Positions 1 to 15,155 of a stretch of DNA of 64,000 bases are shown piece by piece. Source of the DNA: Chrysomallon squamiferum (taxonomy: Eukaryota; Animalia; Mollusca); the NCBI GenBank assembly GCA_012295275.1, contig CM022667.1:13950001-14014000 (forward strand). Direction: 5' to 3'. The notes beneath the pieces were generated by a model. The model was not told the origin of the DNA, did no database searches, and saw only the letters and a program-made list of their open reading frames with translations. The first letter of the stretch is position 1. Each line of letters opens with the position of its first letter. The translations under genes and the position numbers were made by a program.

Positions 1-215
1 ATAAGAGTAATAACAACAACAATAATGACAATTATAATAGTAATAATAATAATAATAATAATAGTAGTAGTAGTAGTAGTGTTCATTTATTATAATTTTA
101 TATATGAGTTCAAATATCGGTCGTCGTTTGATAATGGCTTCAGTTTCTAATGTTTTAGTGGCGTTAGTATCCGTGTTTGTGTTTTATAAACAATCAATTT
201 CTGATAATATTTCAG

Positions 216-696
216 GTAACCAAAACCCGTCTGCTGCACATAGCACAGGTAGGTGGTTTTTAAATATTGCTTCTTGTTAGCTGTGCTTGGCAATGCTTAT
301 CTTTTACTATAATAATTAATGATGATGTCACACGCTCTTCTGATTGTTTGAATCGTGCGTTATAGTCAGCAAAGAACGAAAATAATCACTGGTAAACACA
401 CTTTAAGTTGAAATACGTTTATACGTCGCCTTTATTGTGCATTTTGTTCGTTATAATATTTACGATGTCTTCTAATTTATATTTCTATAAATCGATTAGA
501 TTTATCGTCTGAATTCGCACTTAATTAATATTTCTCTGTGTAACATGTTGATTTAAATTTTCCGTACTGCTGAGTTCAAAAACCCACTAAATATTAACTG
601 ATTTAATTTTTGATTTCAGCTGAGCACCAAGCACGCAGATACCATTTCTTGAAGTGGATTGTAATAATGGTCGCGCATGTTATTTCAGACAGTTAG
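216..696 (+). CDS. Family member A, 3' part only (linker exon and GPI-like tail exon); 5' exons lie upstream of the window
   Basis: Exons 216-248 (ttcag|...ACAG|gtaggt; xNQNPSAAHST) and 620-696 (ttcag|; AEHQARRYHFLKWIVIMVAHVISDS*). They are homologous in sequence and phase to exons 4-5 of the complete copies. Confidence 0.8.
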
Positions 697-979
697 ACAG
701 ATTCAACACCGAGTCAAAGACTGACATACGTTAAAATAAATTTAAAATAATAATAATAACAATAATAATAATGAGATGATGATGATGATGACGATAGTGA
801 TGATGAAACAACAATAACAATAATAGCAATAATAATAACAATAATTAATTATTTTCATACGTGTCCCGTTTCAAAATAAAATAATGTGGCTAATTATCAG
901 TGTTTGTTGAGTCTGTATTTTAACTTGTTTCTTATATATATACATATATTGAAGTATTGCAGTGTTTTATTATTATTAT

Positions 980-1010
<31 letters not shown>

Positions 1011-2469
1011 TATATATATCAGTTTAGTAATGGTGCAATATGATGACTAAATGAATCTATATTTTTTGGTCACTGGACTATACTTAATATATTTATCTTG
1101 GTCGTTCATAAATAAAATGTTAGACATTTTTAATTTTAAATGAACAGAAAATTCGGATTAAAGAATTATACAACAATTCGTTATAAAGAGTAATGTGAAA
1201 TGTTTTCCTTTCGGTCCAATTTAAGTTAGAAAGAGGATGCAGACCCCTCTCTCTCCTTACATATTTATTTTATTTACTGAAAGCAATAATGGTAAGAATT
1301 TCTTATATTACAATATGCAGTAAAGTTTGGTAAGTTTTATGCTTGATGTTTCTCCAGATTCCTTGTACAATACACTCAACTTTTGATTATTATGCTTCTG
1401 TTACAGGTCTTAAAATTAATTATTCTATATCAAGAACAGTTTGGACAGGTTATAGTAAATTTTCAAGTAGCAATGCTAACGGCCGATAGGCTAATACCCC
1501 AAAAAACATTAGGCAAATTTTGCTATATATTAAAAAGGAAAATAAATCATAATTATATATCAGTTTATTTTTTTTTTTTTTTTAGGGTAATTTCTTATTA
1601 GAAACCTAAATTAAAATTCCGAAAAGAAAATGAAATAGGAAATAGGTAAAAATAATAAATAAATATCGGGGGGGGGGGGAATCGTAAATGTCGATAACAG
1701 TTGATTACGGTGAATAGCTTATTTAAATGGAACATTTAGTGCCCGATCCTTGAAAAATAATCCATCACGAACGACAACTCTACATGTTAGTCAGCAGAAT
1801 GACATCAAAATTATAGAAAAATATTGTGAAGCTACCCGCTGCTCAAAACAGGGTGTAGAAAAAAAAAGAAGAAGAAAAGGTAAATTTTTAAAAAGGCTGT
1901 AGATATAATGTAAATATATATTTAAAAAATCAAGACGAAAGAAACCTTAAAATTTTCAGTTTTATTCAACGTTACAACAGTTATCAAAACTGCTAGGAAA
2001 TGACGTAATAGCAGACGTGATTAAAATGTAAATATTTTTCTTTGTTGTTCTTTTTTTATATTTTGCTTTTTGGTTTTTTTTTTTCATTTTGTTTGTTTAC
2101 TTACGATCAGATAAAGTGCTATTAAATTCTTTGGGTACTTCAAACTATCAGAAAAGCGTTATTGAATATTTTTATACAATTTATTATCATGCTGTATATT
2201 TAGTTTTCTTGTTTTTGTTTTGTTTTTGCTTTTCACGATCTCTTTTTATTTGCCCAAGCCAAATGTAGTCAAATAATCTGAAAAACAAGCCACAGATTTA
2301 AATAGCGAATTTTTTTTTTTTTTTAATGTTTTTCTTTTTATTATTATTATTTTACGATATTATTGTTCGTCAAAAGATTATCCCTATCCACATTAAAATA
2401 ACAGTTTTACTAAAACAAATAATACAAAAAGTTACTATGTATTTATTCATGTTCTAGGCACACAGTAAG

Positions 2470-4065
2470 ATGAAGTGTCTTTTAGCTGTGAGTATTTTCT
2501 CAGGTAAAGTATTATTTTTGTATTAGCATTTAAATATAAACACACATAATTACATTTCCGTCACATTATTCTTTATCAGAGCCAATAGTTTTGAACATTA
2601 AACACACAGGAAATTATTTTTCCATAACTTTACGAAATTTATTATGCAGAAACAACAGAATAAAAAATACTGTAGCGATAAAAGCTCTGTATAATTCTAC
2701 AACAGACAAATTAAATGTTATGCACTTTGCTACTTATACAACATCAAATTCAAGATCTAATTGTTCCGTTTTCAATTTCAGTGACTACGAATTAATTTTA
2801 TCTAATTTTTAGAATTTATATCAGATATGCTTATATACACATACACATACATGCACGCGATTTATTAATATGATAATACCAATAAGAATTTGATTAAATG
2901 TGATAATCATGATATATCGAATTTTCTGGCGTTTAGCCACAGTTCTTATGACAGCTTTGCAAATTTAGTGATGATTACAAATTCTGCAATTTCAGTAACA
3001 ATATACTTGGCTTTTTGTGAATGTCAAAAAGAGTTAGCGCGACGATGCTCAAAAACATATGAAAAGGAAAAACTATTAAAAGACATACCTGAAGTCGATA
3101 AATGCTAGTATGTTTTTTATTTATTTATTTATTTATTTACCTTTTAAAAATTATTCATATGTGAGTTTTTTCTGTTTGGTCGTACCAAACAATTTGTTCA
3201 GTTTCCCAGAAAAACGGCTATAGAATTGTTTTAATTCGTAACTATTAAATACAGTTTCGTTTTTCTGTTCATTTTATAGTTTAAAAATACAATATATATT
3301 ATTAAACTTCGATCTGGTCCAAAACTTCTAGTACTTTTATATTTAATTTGTTATTTTTATACATTTCTTTATTATTAAATTAGTAGTTATATATGACTGT
3401 GTAAAATATACAGGAATATATAACACTCTTTCAGAAGCAAAAATAAATTTTCGTTCAGAGAACGTTTCTGTCAGATCACAAACACTGAAAATATTCGTAT
3501 CTTTCAGTTACGGACAGAAAATGTTGAGCTGTTTGAGACAAGTTGGTTGTGCTAATATTCATGACGAAAGCTTTAAACTCAACGCGCTGAAAACATTCAT
3601 CAGAAACGACTGCAGTATGTTAGCTTATAAGTACAGCTGAATTCAAGTTTGAACATTGTCAAATATTTTTCTTTTTAAATTTTGAAAGTACAAGCCCGTT
3701 TTTACAGCATCCCTATCGATGTTGCATTCTTTATTGAATTCATTGTTGATCTAAAAAAAAACAAAAAAAAACAACAACAACCCCCCCCAAAAAAATGTGT
3801 CTTTGAATATGATAGGTTTAGCAAAAAGTATAATTATGTAGGTATAGATGTCAACTATAATCATTCAGCAGATATCATTATTATTTTTATTACGTTAATA
3901 CTGTCTATGTTAGGTACAGCAAAACATTTCTACTTTAACAAATTAATTGCTATAGTTTAACGATAATTTATGCAGTATAACAGTACACAGAGAGACCCTC
4001 TGTCATTTTTTTCTGTGAAAACAGCCGAATTTTCAACCCTCACTACCTTTCATAATAATACTACA

Positions 4066-4115
<50 letters not shown>

Positions 4116-4615
4116 AGATATAATAAATTTATAATAATATTGCAGAAGCTGACGAAATCACTCTCGATCCGCAATCGGGCAAAGGTAAATTATACATATT
4201 TTACAATTAGCGGTCCTTAGTTTTTAATCTGTGATAATATTCTTTACTGAAGTCACTAAAATGGACTGAAGTAGAAACTATTTGCTCGTACGTACAAGTC
4301 AGCTAAATATTTTATTTCCTAATTATTCTTATCTTTCTAGCGACGAATCTTGATTGTAATAACAAATTATGACGTCACAGGAAACAGAATAAAGCATCCG
4401 AGTGATTTTGTAATTGATAGCGCCATCTTTAGTACTAATAAAAAAATAGTTCCCAAAATCTAATCTACAAGTTATGTCGATAGAAAAATGATCCACTAAA
4501 TATTAACCGATTCAATGGTTTTTTGTTTTGTTTTCCAGGTGAGCACCAGGCACGTAGTTCTCTGTTCTCGATATGGATTGGAGTGATAATCGCGATCGTC
4601 ATTTTAAACAAATAA
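2470..4615 (+). CDS. Member B: 122-aa secreted/GPI-type six-Cys protein
   Basis: Exons 2470-2503, 2996-3107, 3508-3614, 4146-4184, 4539-4615, all GT-AG and in frame: MKCLLAVSIFSVTIYLAFCECQKELARRCSKTYEKEKLLKDIPEVDKCYYGQKMLSCLRQVGCANIHDESFKLNALKTFIRNDCKADEITLDPQSGKGEHQARSSLFSIWIGVIIAIVILNK*. Confidence 0.9.
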
Positions 4616-4769
4616 AATGACATTCAACGAAACTTTTGTATCTAAGCCTTAAGGACAGTTAAAATAAAAAAAAAAAAAATAAAAAAAAAAAAAAAACTAA
4701 CTAACTAACTAAATAAATAAAATAAAAATAAGTAAATAACAAATAAACAAACAAATAAAGAAAGAAAGA

Positions 4770-4800
<31 letters not shown>

Positions 4801-5444
4801 TATATAGTAATAAAATAAAATTAGTTAAGAGTAATTAACTTATTGTCTATTATTATATATCCTCTTTATAAAGTTGTTATTTATCAACATAACATAAAAT
4901 GAAATAAAATATGAATAAGAAATTTAATCTTCGTATTATATATTTGGACAGATATCCCTTTAAAAATATATTATCGGTTTTTGCTGATTCTGTATTTAGA
5001 ATAACTTTTTTCTTTTTATTATTATTTTTTTTATCTTTGCTTTTGTCATTATATAATAGCTAAATGTTTAATTTAACTTACCTGGAAAACAAAATAACAA
5101 CGCTTATTTCAAAAAGTTATATAAAAAGGTTAAATACTTTGATAAATCTTTTACTTAATAATTTTTCTTCTATCACAGATTTCCTTGTAACATGTTTTGA
5201 CCGCATAAAATTAAAACAAAGTAATGCAGTTTTTTATTGTGTGTGTATGTGTTTGTAATAAATAATTATGTTCAAATATCATCTAGATCTTCTATTGTTA
5301 AAAAAAAAAAAATAATAATAAAATAATAATAAAAAATTAAATAATAAAAAGAAAAGTTGACAGCTGTCATCCAAATTTTTTAGTAGGTCTGCAGAAAATG
5401 TTCTTGATGGAGAAATGCTTTCAATATCTTTTAGATGAAAATAT

Positions 5445-5790
5445 TTTCATACATGATCTGGTTGTATATTACTCTGTATAAAGCACTGAATAAGATACCT
5501 CCATGATACAGCATCTACTATACTAATTATATATTCATAAATGATCTGTTGTTTATAATTTCTGTAGAATGCACTGAATAAAATACCTCTAATACAGCAT
5601 CTACTACATTGTTAAGGATATTCATATATAATCTATTACCTCTGTACAAAGCACTGAATAAGATAACTCTGTGATATATTGCCTGTATGATAAGGTCTGT
5701 ATCCCACTATGAAATATGTTCATACTTGATCTGTTGTATATTCTCTGGAGTGGTGACCATATTTCAGTGTACAACATATTGAGTAAGATT
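5445..5790. repeat. Degenerate minisatellite, about 4 copies of a roughly 85-95 bp unit
   Basis: Recurring TTCATA..TGATCTG...CTGTA.AAAGCACTGAATAAGATACCTC...ATACAGCATCTACTA starting near 5447, 5533, 5621 and 5719. Confidence 0.65.
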
Positions 5791-5799
5791 TTAATTTTT

Positions 5800-8670
5800 T
5801 AATTTTTGAAATAATAAATTCTTAGTTATAAACAAATAGTTAACAGCTTCATTTTTATTGCAAATTTCTTTAAGTTTTGTAGGTCTGTATGAAAAGGAAC
5901 AAATAAAGATATTTAGATCAGCCCCATCTCAAAAAGAAATTAGTTTCACATGAGTTAGAGTCAGGTTTTTCTAAGTGGGTTCTGCACAAACTATAACTGG
6001 TTCTGTCACCAATTTCAGATAAATAAACCATTCATATTCAGTGTTTACAGATTCAGGATTTAAAAAATTCAAATTTCCTTCCCACTGTATCTTGTTACTG
6101 TCTTTCTGAGAACATATCTGACAAATTTCGATAAATAAAAAATAAAAACATAAAGATGAGATTTTAAAAGTTTTATTTGTTCCTGTTTCCCTTTACTTTC
6201 CTAGACTTCTGTTTGATGTGCAGTTAATAATGGAAGTTAAATAGTTTTATCCAGCTCTGGGAATGAAATTATTGTTAACACAATACTGTATGGTGTTTAT
6301 GTGCTTTTTATTAGTTTTTGGAAACTTTGAGGACTTTAGATACTGCAATTTTTCTTGCAGCAATCTGTATGGGATAAATACTTGAGAAATGCTTAGTAAC
6401 AGGACACTAATAATGACAGTATATACAAAATTTGTAAGTTATTATATCTGATATATGTACAAATTATGCACACAATATTCCCCAAAGGTTTCTCAGAGAT
6501 GTTTGCACATTCACCAAATGCCACATGTATTCCATCCAACAGTTGTGCCTGACACATCCACTAGCCAAGCACCATGTTCTCATTTCCACTGGAGGCTCCT
6601 GAGACAAGTCGGTCAATCATTCTTACAACTAGTTCCTCATCCATACAACTTTTTGATGGCACATCATCCACTGCATTTTGAAAAATAATTAATTTCAGTT
6701 GACAAGTACTACATGTTGAGAATGCTTGGGACTGGAAGTGTTTCAGATTTCAGAATATTAAGGATTTTGGAATACGAGGAGATAGCATCAGAATAGAATC
6801 TATGTCTAAATATGAATTCCATACACAGACAATCTGCAGGATTTTTATAATAATGTTTCTAATAATTCTGTACATAAAATATGGTTTGCAAAAAAAGTCT
6901 GAAAACTGTAAGATATTATTATTATTTCTGCTGCTCAGAAAAGGTTTTTTGATTTTGGAACTATTTGGATTTTGGAATTTCATAAAATAGATCCTGAACT
7001 GTATCATCATTCTGATTTCAGAACATAATCTTTAAAAACTGACATGTTTACAAATTATTTACTTAATTGCTATTTCCATTACAACATCATAAATTCAAAT
7101 TTTAACACCATTTTGCATAAACTTAACATAAAAATCTCATACCTAAAAGTCCCTTCTGAAACCATTATGTGTTTTTTCCCCCCACATAGTTGATGTTTTA
7201 TCTAAATTAGATAAGCAGCTAATTGCATTTCATAAAAATTATGCAGTATTTTCTTAACATATAAATTTTGAATATTTCCTCCTGATTCAACTTCTTCTAA
7301 TCATTATTTAACATACTAATTTTCTTTCCCTTCTTTTCTTTCCTTAGCCATCTTTAATTTGCAATAAAAGCAAAACAAATTTGCATTATCTCATTATCAC
7401 ATAAACAAAAACCCTACAATACATGATATTTAAATGAATCTTTTCTTTTTCGATAAAGGATGCATTTTTGTAAATCAGTCATTTAAAGTGATATCTGGGC
7501 TTACTGAATAGTAACAGGATGACAGATGGATCCATTTCTTCAATGAATCAGAAATGAAATGATAATGCATCTAAAGTGTTTAAAGACTCTAATGTAAAAA
7601 GAATGTTATTTCAATTAAAAAAATCATGACTTACTGAATTTTGATGGTTAGGCCTTAGTTACATATTTCTATCATTACCAAAAAAAAAATAAAAAAAAAA
7701 AAAGTACAGTTCTTATTAAATATGAATACAATTTTTTAATTTGTTTCTGAACAGCATTCCCTATTATGCAAATAGATACTGTGGCAGTCTTTAACTGTAA
7801 ACATCAGAAATATAAGATTCATATTTATTTAACAATTAAAAATATGAAAACAGAATCTCCTTTGTCAAATAGAAAAAACATTATTATGGTATTTGTCAAT
7901 GTTGTTTACACACAATTATTTAAGAAGATAGGAATTGAGGAAATACACTTCTGTAACAGTCTAGCAGGTTATTTCATCACATCATTTTTATTAGCCATAT
8001 TGATATGGATGAATTATGTTGAGTCATATCAGATGATGTTAATATTGCTATTGGTGTCCTCATTGGTCTCTTTTTGTCTGGACATGACGGAAGTACTGGG
8101 AAATCAAAGTATGAAACAGATTGTTAAGAATCATTGTTCATTCGGTTGTAAAATATGTAGTTTAACTATGATTTGTGTCAATGATCTATTAACCTCTTAA
8201 ACATTTTGTGTGAGAAAGAAATTTACTTATACTTTCATTCTGCAACCAATAGTCAAACAAAGATGTTGATTACCTTTTGCAGCCCTAATTTGTTTTGATG
8301 TTTGAAGAGAAAACCTTTTGTGGTATTTCTATTCTTCTGCAATGGCAAATCTATAAACTCAATCATTTTTCTCTTTTTTTTTTTTTTGGAAATATTTGGT
8401 AGGAACAGCTGCCTGTACATTTAATACCATTAGCTTGTGGTCAGAACTTGGTGATATCTGTGACAACTTCATCTAATCTGCACTAAAATGAGTGAACGCT
8501 GCTACAAAATGCTTGCAGGTGAAATGACTCTTTCTGAACTCCATAGTATTTATAATTTTAGATGATATAATTTCTGTTTACTAAATTCTCTACACTGAAG
8601 ATGTGGACAATACTGTGTAATTTTGTAATGAGCTCTAATTGCCCAAACCATTTATGTTACAACATACTGT
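5800..8670 (-). mobile_element. Possible highly degenerate THAP-domain DNA transposon relic
   Basis: Non-repetitive, decayed-coding-like composition unrelated to the gene family. The minus strand near 8400-8430 reads LNVQAAVPT (resembles the THAP 'AVPT' box), and a C.I..MCKH-like motif occurs near 6500-6530. There is no intact ORF and the boundaries are approximate. Confidence 0.3.
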
Positions 8671-9904
8671 AGATAAATATACCGATAAAAACAACAACAA
8701 CAACAACAACAAAAAATACCGGTAATTGCTTGATGTGATTATCATTATGAAAATTTATTTTATATTCCTGGTTCTCCTCATCTGACATTTTCATTATCTC
8801 TTATAAACAAATATAATTCATACGTTTAAAAAATTAACTAGTTTAGTAGTTAGTTTATTAGACGAGTGAGTTATGTTACAATATCTGCGCTGTTATTATG
8901 TGTAGGTTACCTGATGTGTACACACAACATACTCTTCATGTACATACATTCATCTATAACCTTTATATATATATCTATTTTAATTTAACATTTTTGATTA
9001 TTTTATCACTTTTATTAACTACTTTCAAAAATAAACAAACAAAATGCAAACGACACTTTCATATATCGTAATCATTCAGAGAAACTTCCGAAATTCTTGG
9101 TCGTTCTATTTGCCGTGGCATCCAAAAAACTTCCGCATCATAGACCTATTCATGATACAGACTAAAAGAAAAGTGGAAGATACTGACCCGTGGAAAATTA
9201 GTGTTTTTATTGATTCTTAATGACAGATCAGACCTATGTGACACAAAACTTAACGTTCGCGCCGGAAGTGTCACATTAGACATGCTCCTTTCCTATCAAA
9301 AGTGTGGTGTTAGGAAATGACGTAATAGCAGATATCATTAAATCATAAACGTTCTTTGTGGGGTTTTTTTCAATTTTGGTTTAGAATTTCTTTTATAAAC
9401 AAGTAAGTGCTATTATTTTTTACTGAAGTAAGATGCTATTATTTCGCTATTACATGCTTTGTGTAATGCCAAACATAAGTTCAGTTTATTCTTTACCCTT
9501 TAAGTGTAATCTTGCATTTTGTATCTATGCCTGTTTAGCTACCGGCTGCTAGTAGGATGGACCAATGATTTGTTAAAAATAAAAACAGGAAACCCATTGT
9601 TTACATACATAATAGTACATGTTTTAGAAGTTGATGTAATTTGTGCCCTTACGAGTTATCTATTATTCTTATTTTTATTTCTTTATTATTATAATTATTT
9701 ATTATATACGTTGTCAGCAATATTCTAATTTTCTTAATTAAAAGACTTACACCATTCACAGTAAAATAGTGATTTTATCGAATTGATTATTTCGCTAAGA
9801 CATACACATACATACATTCATACATATATGCATACACACATATACATATATACATGCATACATACATACATACGTATGTATTCATATTCTAGGCACACAG
9901 TACG

Positions 9905-13046
<3,142 letters not shown>

Positions 13047-14210
13047 ACAGAATCGACATTCAACCCAAGAGTGCATCTAAACCTCAAGAACTGTTATTGT
13101 TAATAAATAAATAAATAAATAAATAAATTGAAATGAAATGAAATAAAAATAAACATGATTAATTGATTGATTCTCTGCCGTTGCAAATATGCTGAAATGT
13201 CTTGTTTAGAAATAAATTAGTTGTCAGTATGAGTTGATTGTTTATTCAGAATAGTTTCTTAAGGCTTTTCAATATAAATACTCTACGAGACAAAGACTTG
13301 TTCACACTTATATTAAATGAGCACGTTTCAGTTGATTAGAAACAAAACACTGTAAACCTCCGAAACGTTATTGATGGTATATAGTTTAGTCTAAAAATAT
13401 TGGTTAACGTCAGTAGCTAAAATAACAATTTGTTTTTTTTTAATTTTTAATTGTTTGAAATTTTAAGTTTGTATTATTATTTTTTTTACGTGATTCGTAT
13501 TTAATTAAGGATTATAATTTAAAAAAAACACAATCTGTAACGCTCGCCACATTCCAGTCTGTCTAGAAAAATCTCTATTACTGTCATAGTCATTCAGAAT
13601 CTTTAGCACAAAAGGCGGTTTCATCGAGGATCAGCAGAAAACAAGTGCAGAAGGATATATTTTACCCACAATTCTTCAGAACTTCCTTTTTGAATTTTCC
13701 TGAGCTGTTTTTCAAGAAAAATCAAACGAATTACGCGTTTGCACTGAGGATAGTCGCCATGTCCACTTCATTGGGTTTTTTTTTTTTTTTTTTTAAATTC
13801 TTTCTGACATGACACAACACGAACTAAACCGTGTCAGTGAGTACTGGGTTGCTCAGTACAGTCTATGATAATGAACATTATCCCGGATAGGTAAATTGTT
13901 TATCAGGTGAGATTTTAATTAATGAGAGCAATATTAAAAAATGAAGAAAAAGTTGTGGCCGCCTACCATGAAACGCGAAAGAGATCCCTGGAGGGCCAAG
14001 TTTCCTCGGTTTCAATTGACATTATATTTGGAATAATTTCACGTTGATGCAAGACAGCTGATATATTAGTAAATGCTTGGTGGCTTCAGAATAACTTTAA
14101 ATAACAACCACAGTCACTAGATACGTCTTCCTATATGGATACAACACTTTTTCGTCAGCGCACAAAATGTAACGTCCGTCACACGCAATTCTGTAGTAAT
14201 TTTCCTTATA

Positions 14211-15155
14211 CAGTGGTACCTCGACTTACGACTGGCCAAACTTACGACTTTTTTGAGTTACGAGCAGACGCCAGGTCGATTTTTTGCTTTTAATAGGTTT
14301 TTGCATGTTGCGTCTCACTCGTGTACTTCACGTGGTTACCTTGCCGCGGACTCATCTGTTGTGTTTTGTGCACGTGTTTTGTGCGGTATTTTCCAAACTT
14401 TACCCATCAGCTCATAGATATCTCCGAACTCTTTTCCAAATAGATTTTTCTACTTTGTTACTTAAGATACAAAAGCCTATAATTTTTCCCTTCTACAAAG
14501 TATGTGTTTGACGTTAGAACCAGTTATTCGAACACAATGGATATATAAGTAAGTGAATGGCCTGTTCCTATAATGTAATGACAGAAGGCTGTATTAAAAC
14601 TAAGAAAATTATATAAATATCACCACTGTATGTACATTATATACATACACTGATATCAGTTATGTAATTACTAAAGTACCTGTTTTTAAACACATACATT
14701 AACTAGTTTAGAATTATATATATATATATATATCTTAGTGTTGGTAAAGCAAACATTTTTCAACACATAAATATGCTGTACTGAACAATTCAAAAACGAT
14801 AAATATATTCCACTGTGATGTACGTTATTTTCTCAGAAGTTGGAGGTCATTCCAGCTGCCCTGATTGTTAGAGTCGTACCCCAGGAAATTCGGTCATTTT
14901 TTCCTTTGTTCAGACCTATTTGGAAAAGAGTTCGGAGATATCTGTGAGCTGATGGGTAATCAGAAATATATGTTACATCAAAAGGAAAAAAGAAATTTTG
15001 GAAAATACTGCACAAAACACGTGCACGACACAACAGAGATGGGTCCGCAGCAAGATAACCACGTGAAGTAAACGAGTGAGACGGGAGACGCTGGTCGGAT
15101 GTTGTGTTGCTCGTTGCGCCAACTACTGGTGGAGTATCTGAAGCTCGCTCGTAAC
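14211..15155. mobile_element. Fold-back Tigger-derived element made of two inverted 5' ends; right end truncated
   Basis: Starts TA|CAGTGGTACCTCGACTTACG. About 14310-14445 is the reverse complement of about 14915-15085. 15100-15155 matches the Tigger copy at 62470-62530 and ends abruptly at the satellite block. Confidence 0.65.

Noticed and set aside
3106-3108. Apparent in-frame TAG after DKC in B (also in I and J) suggesting pseudogenes
   Set aside because: The G is the first base of the GT donor; splicing yields TA+T = Tyr.
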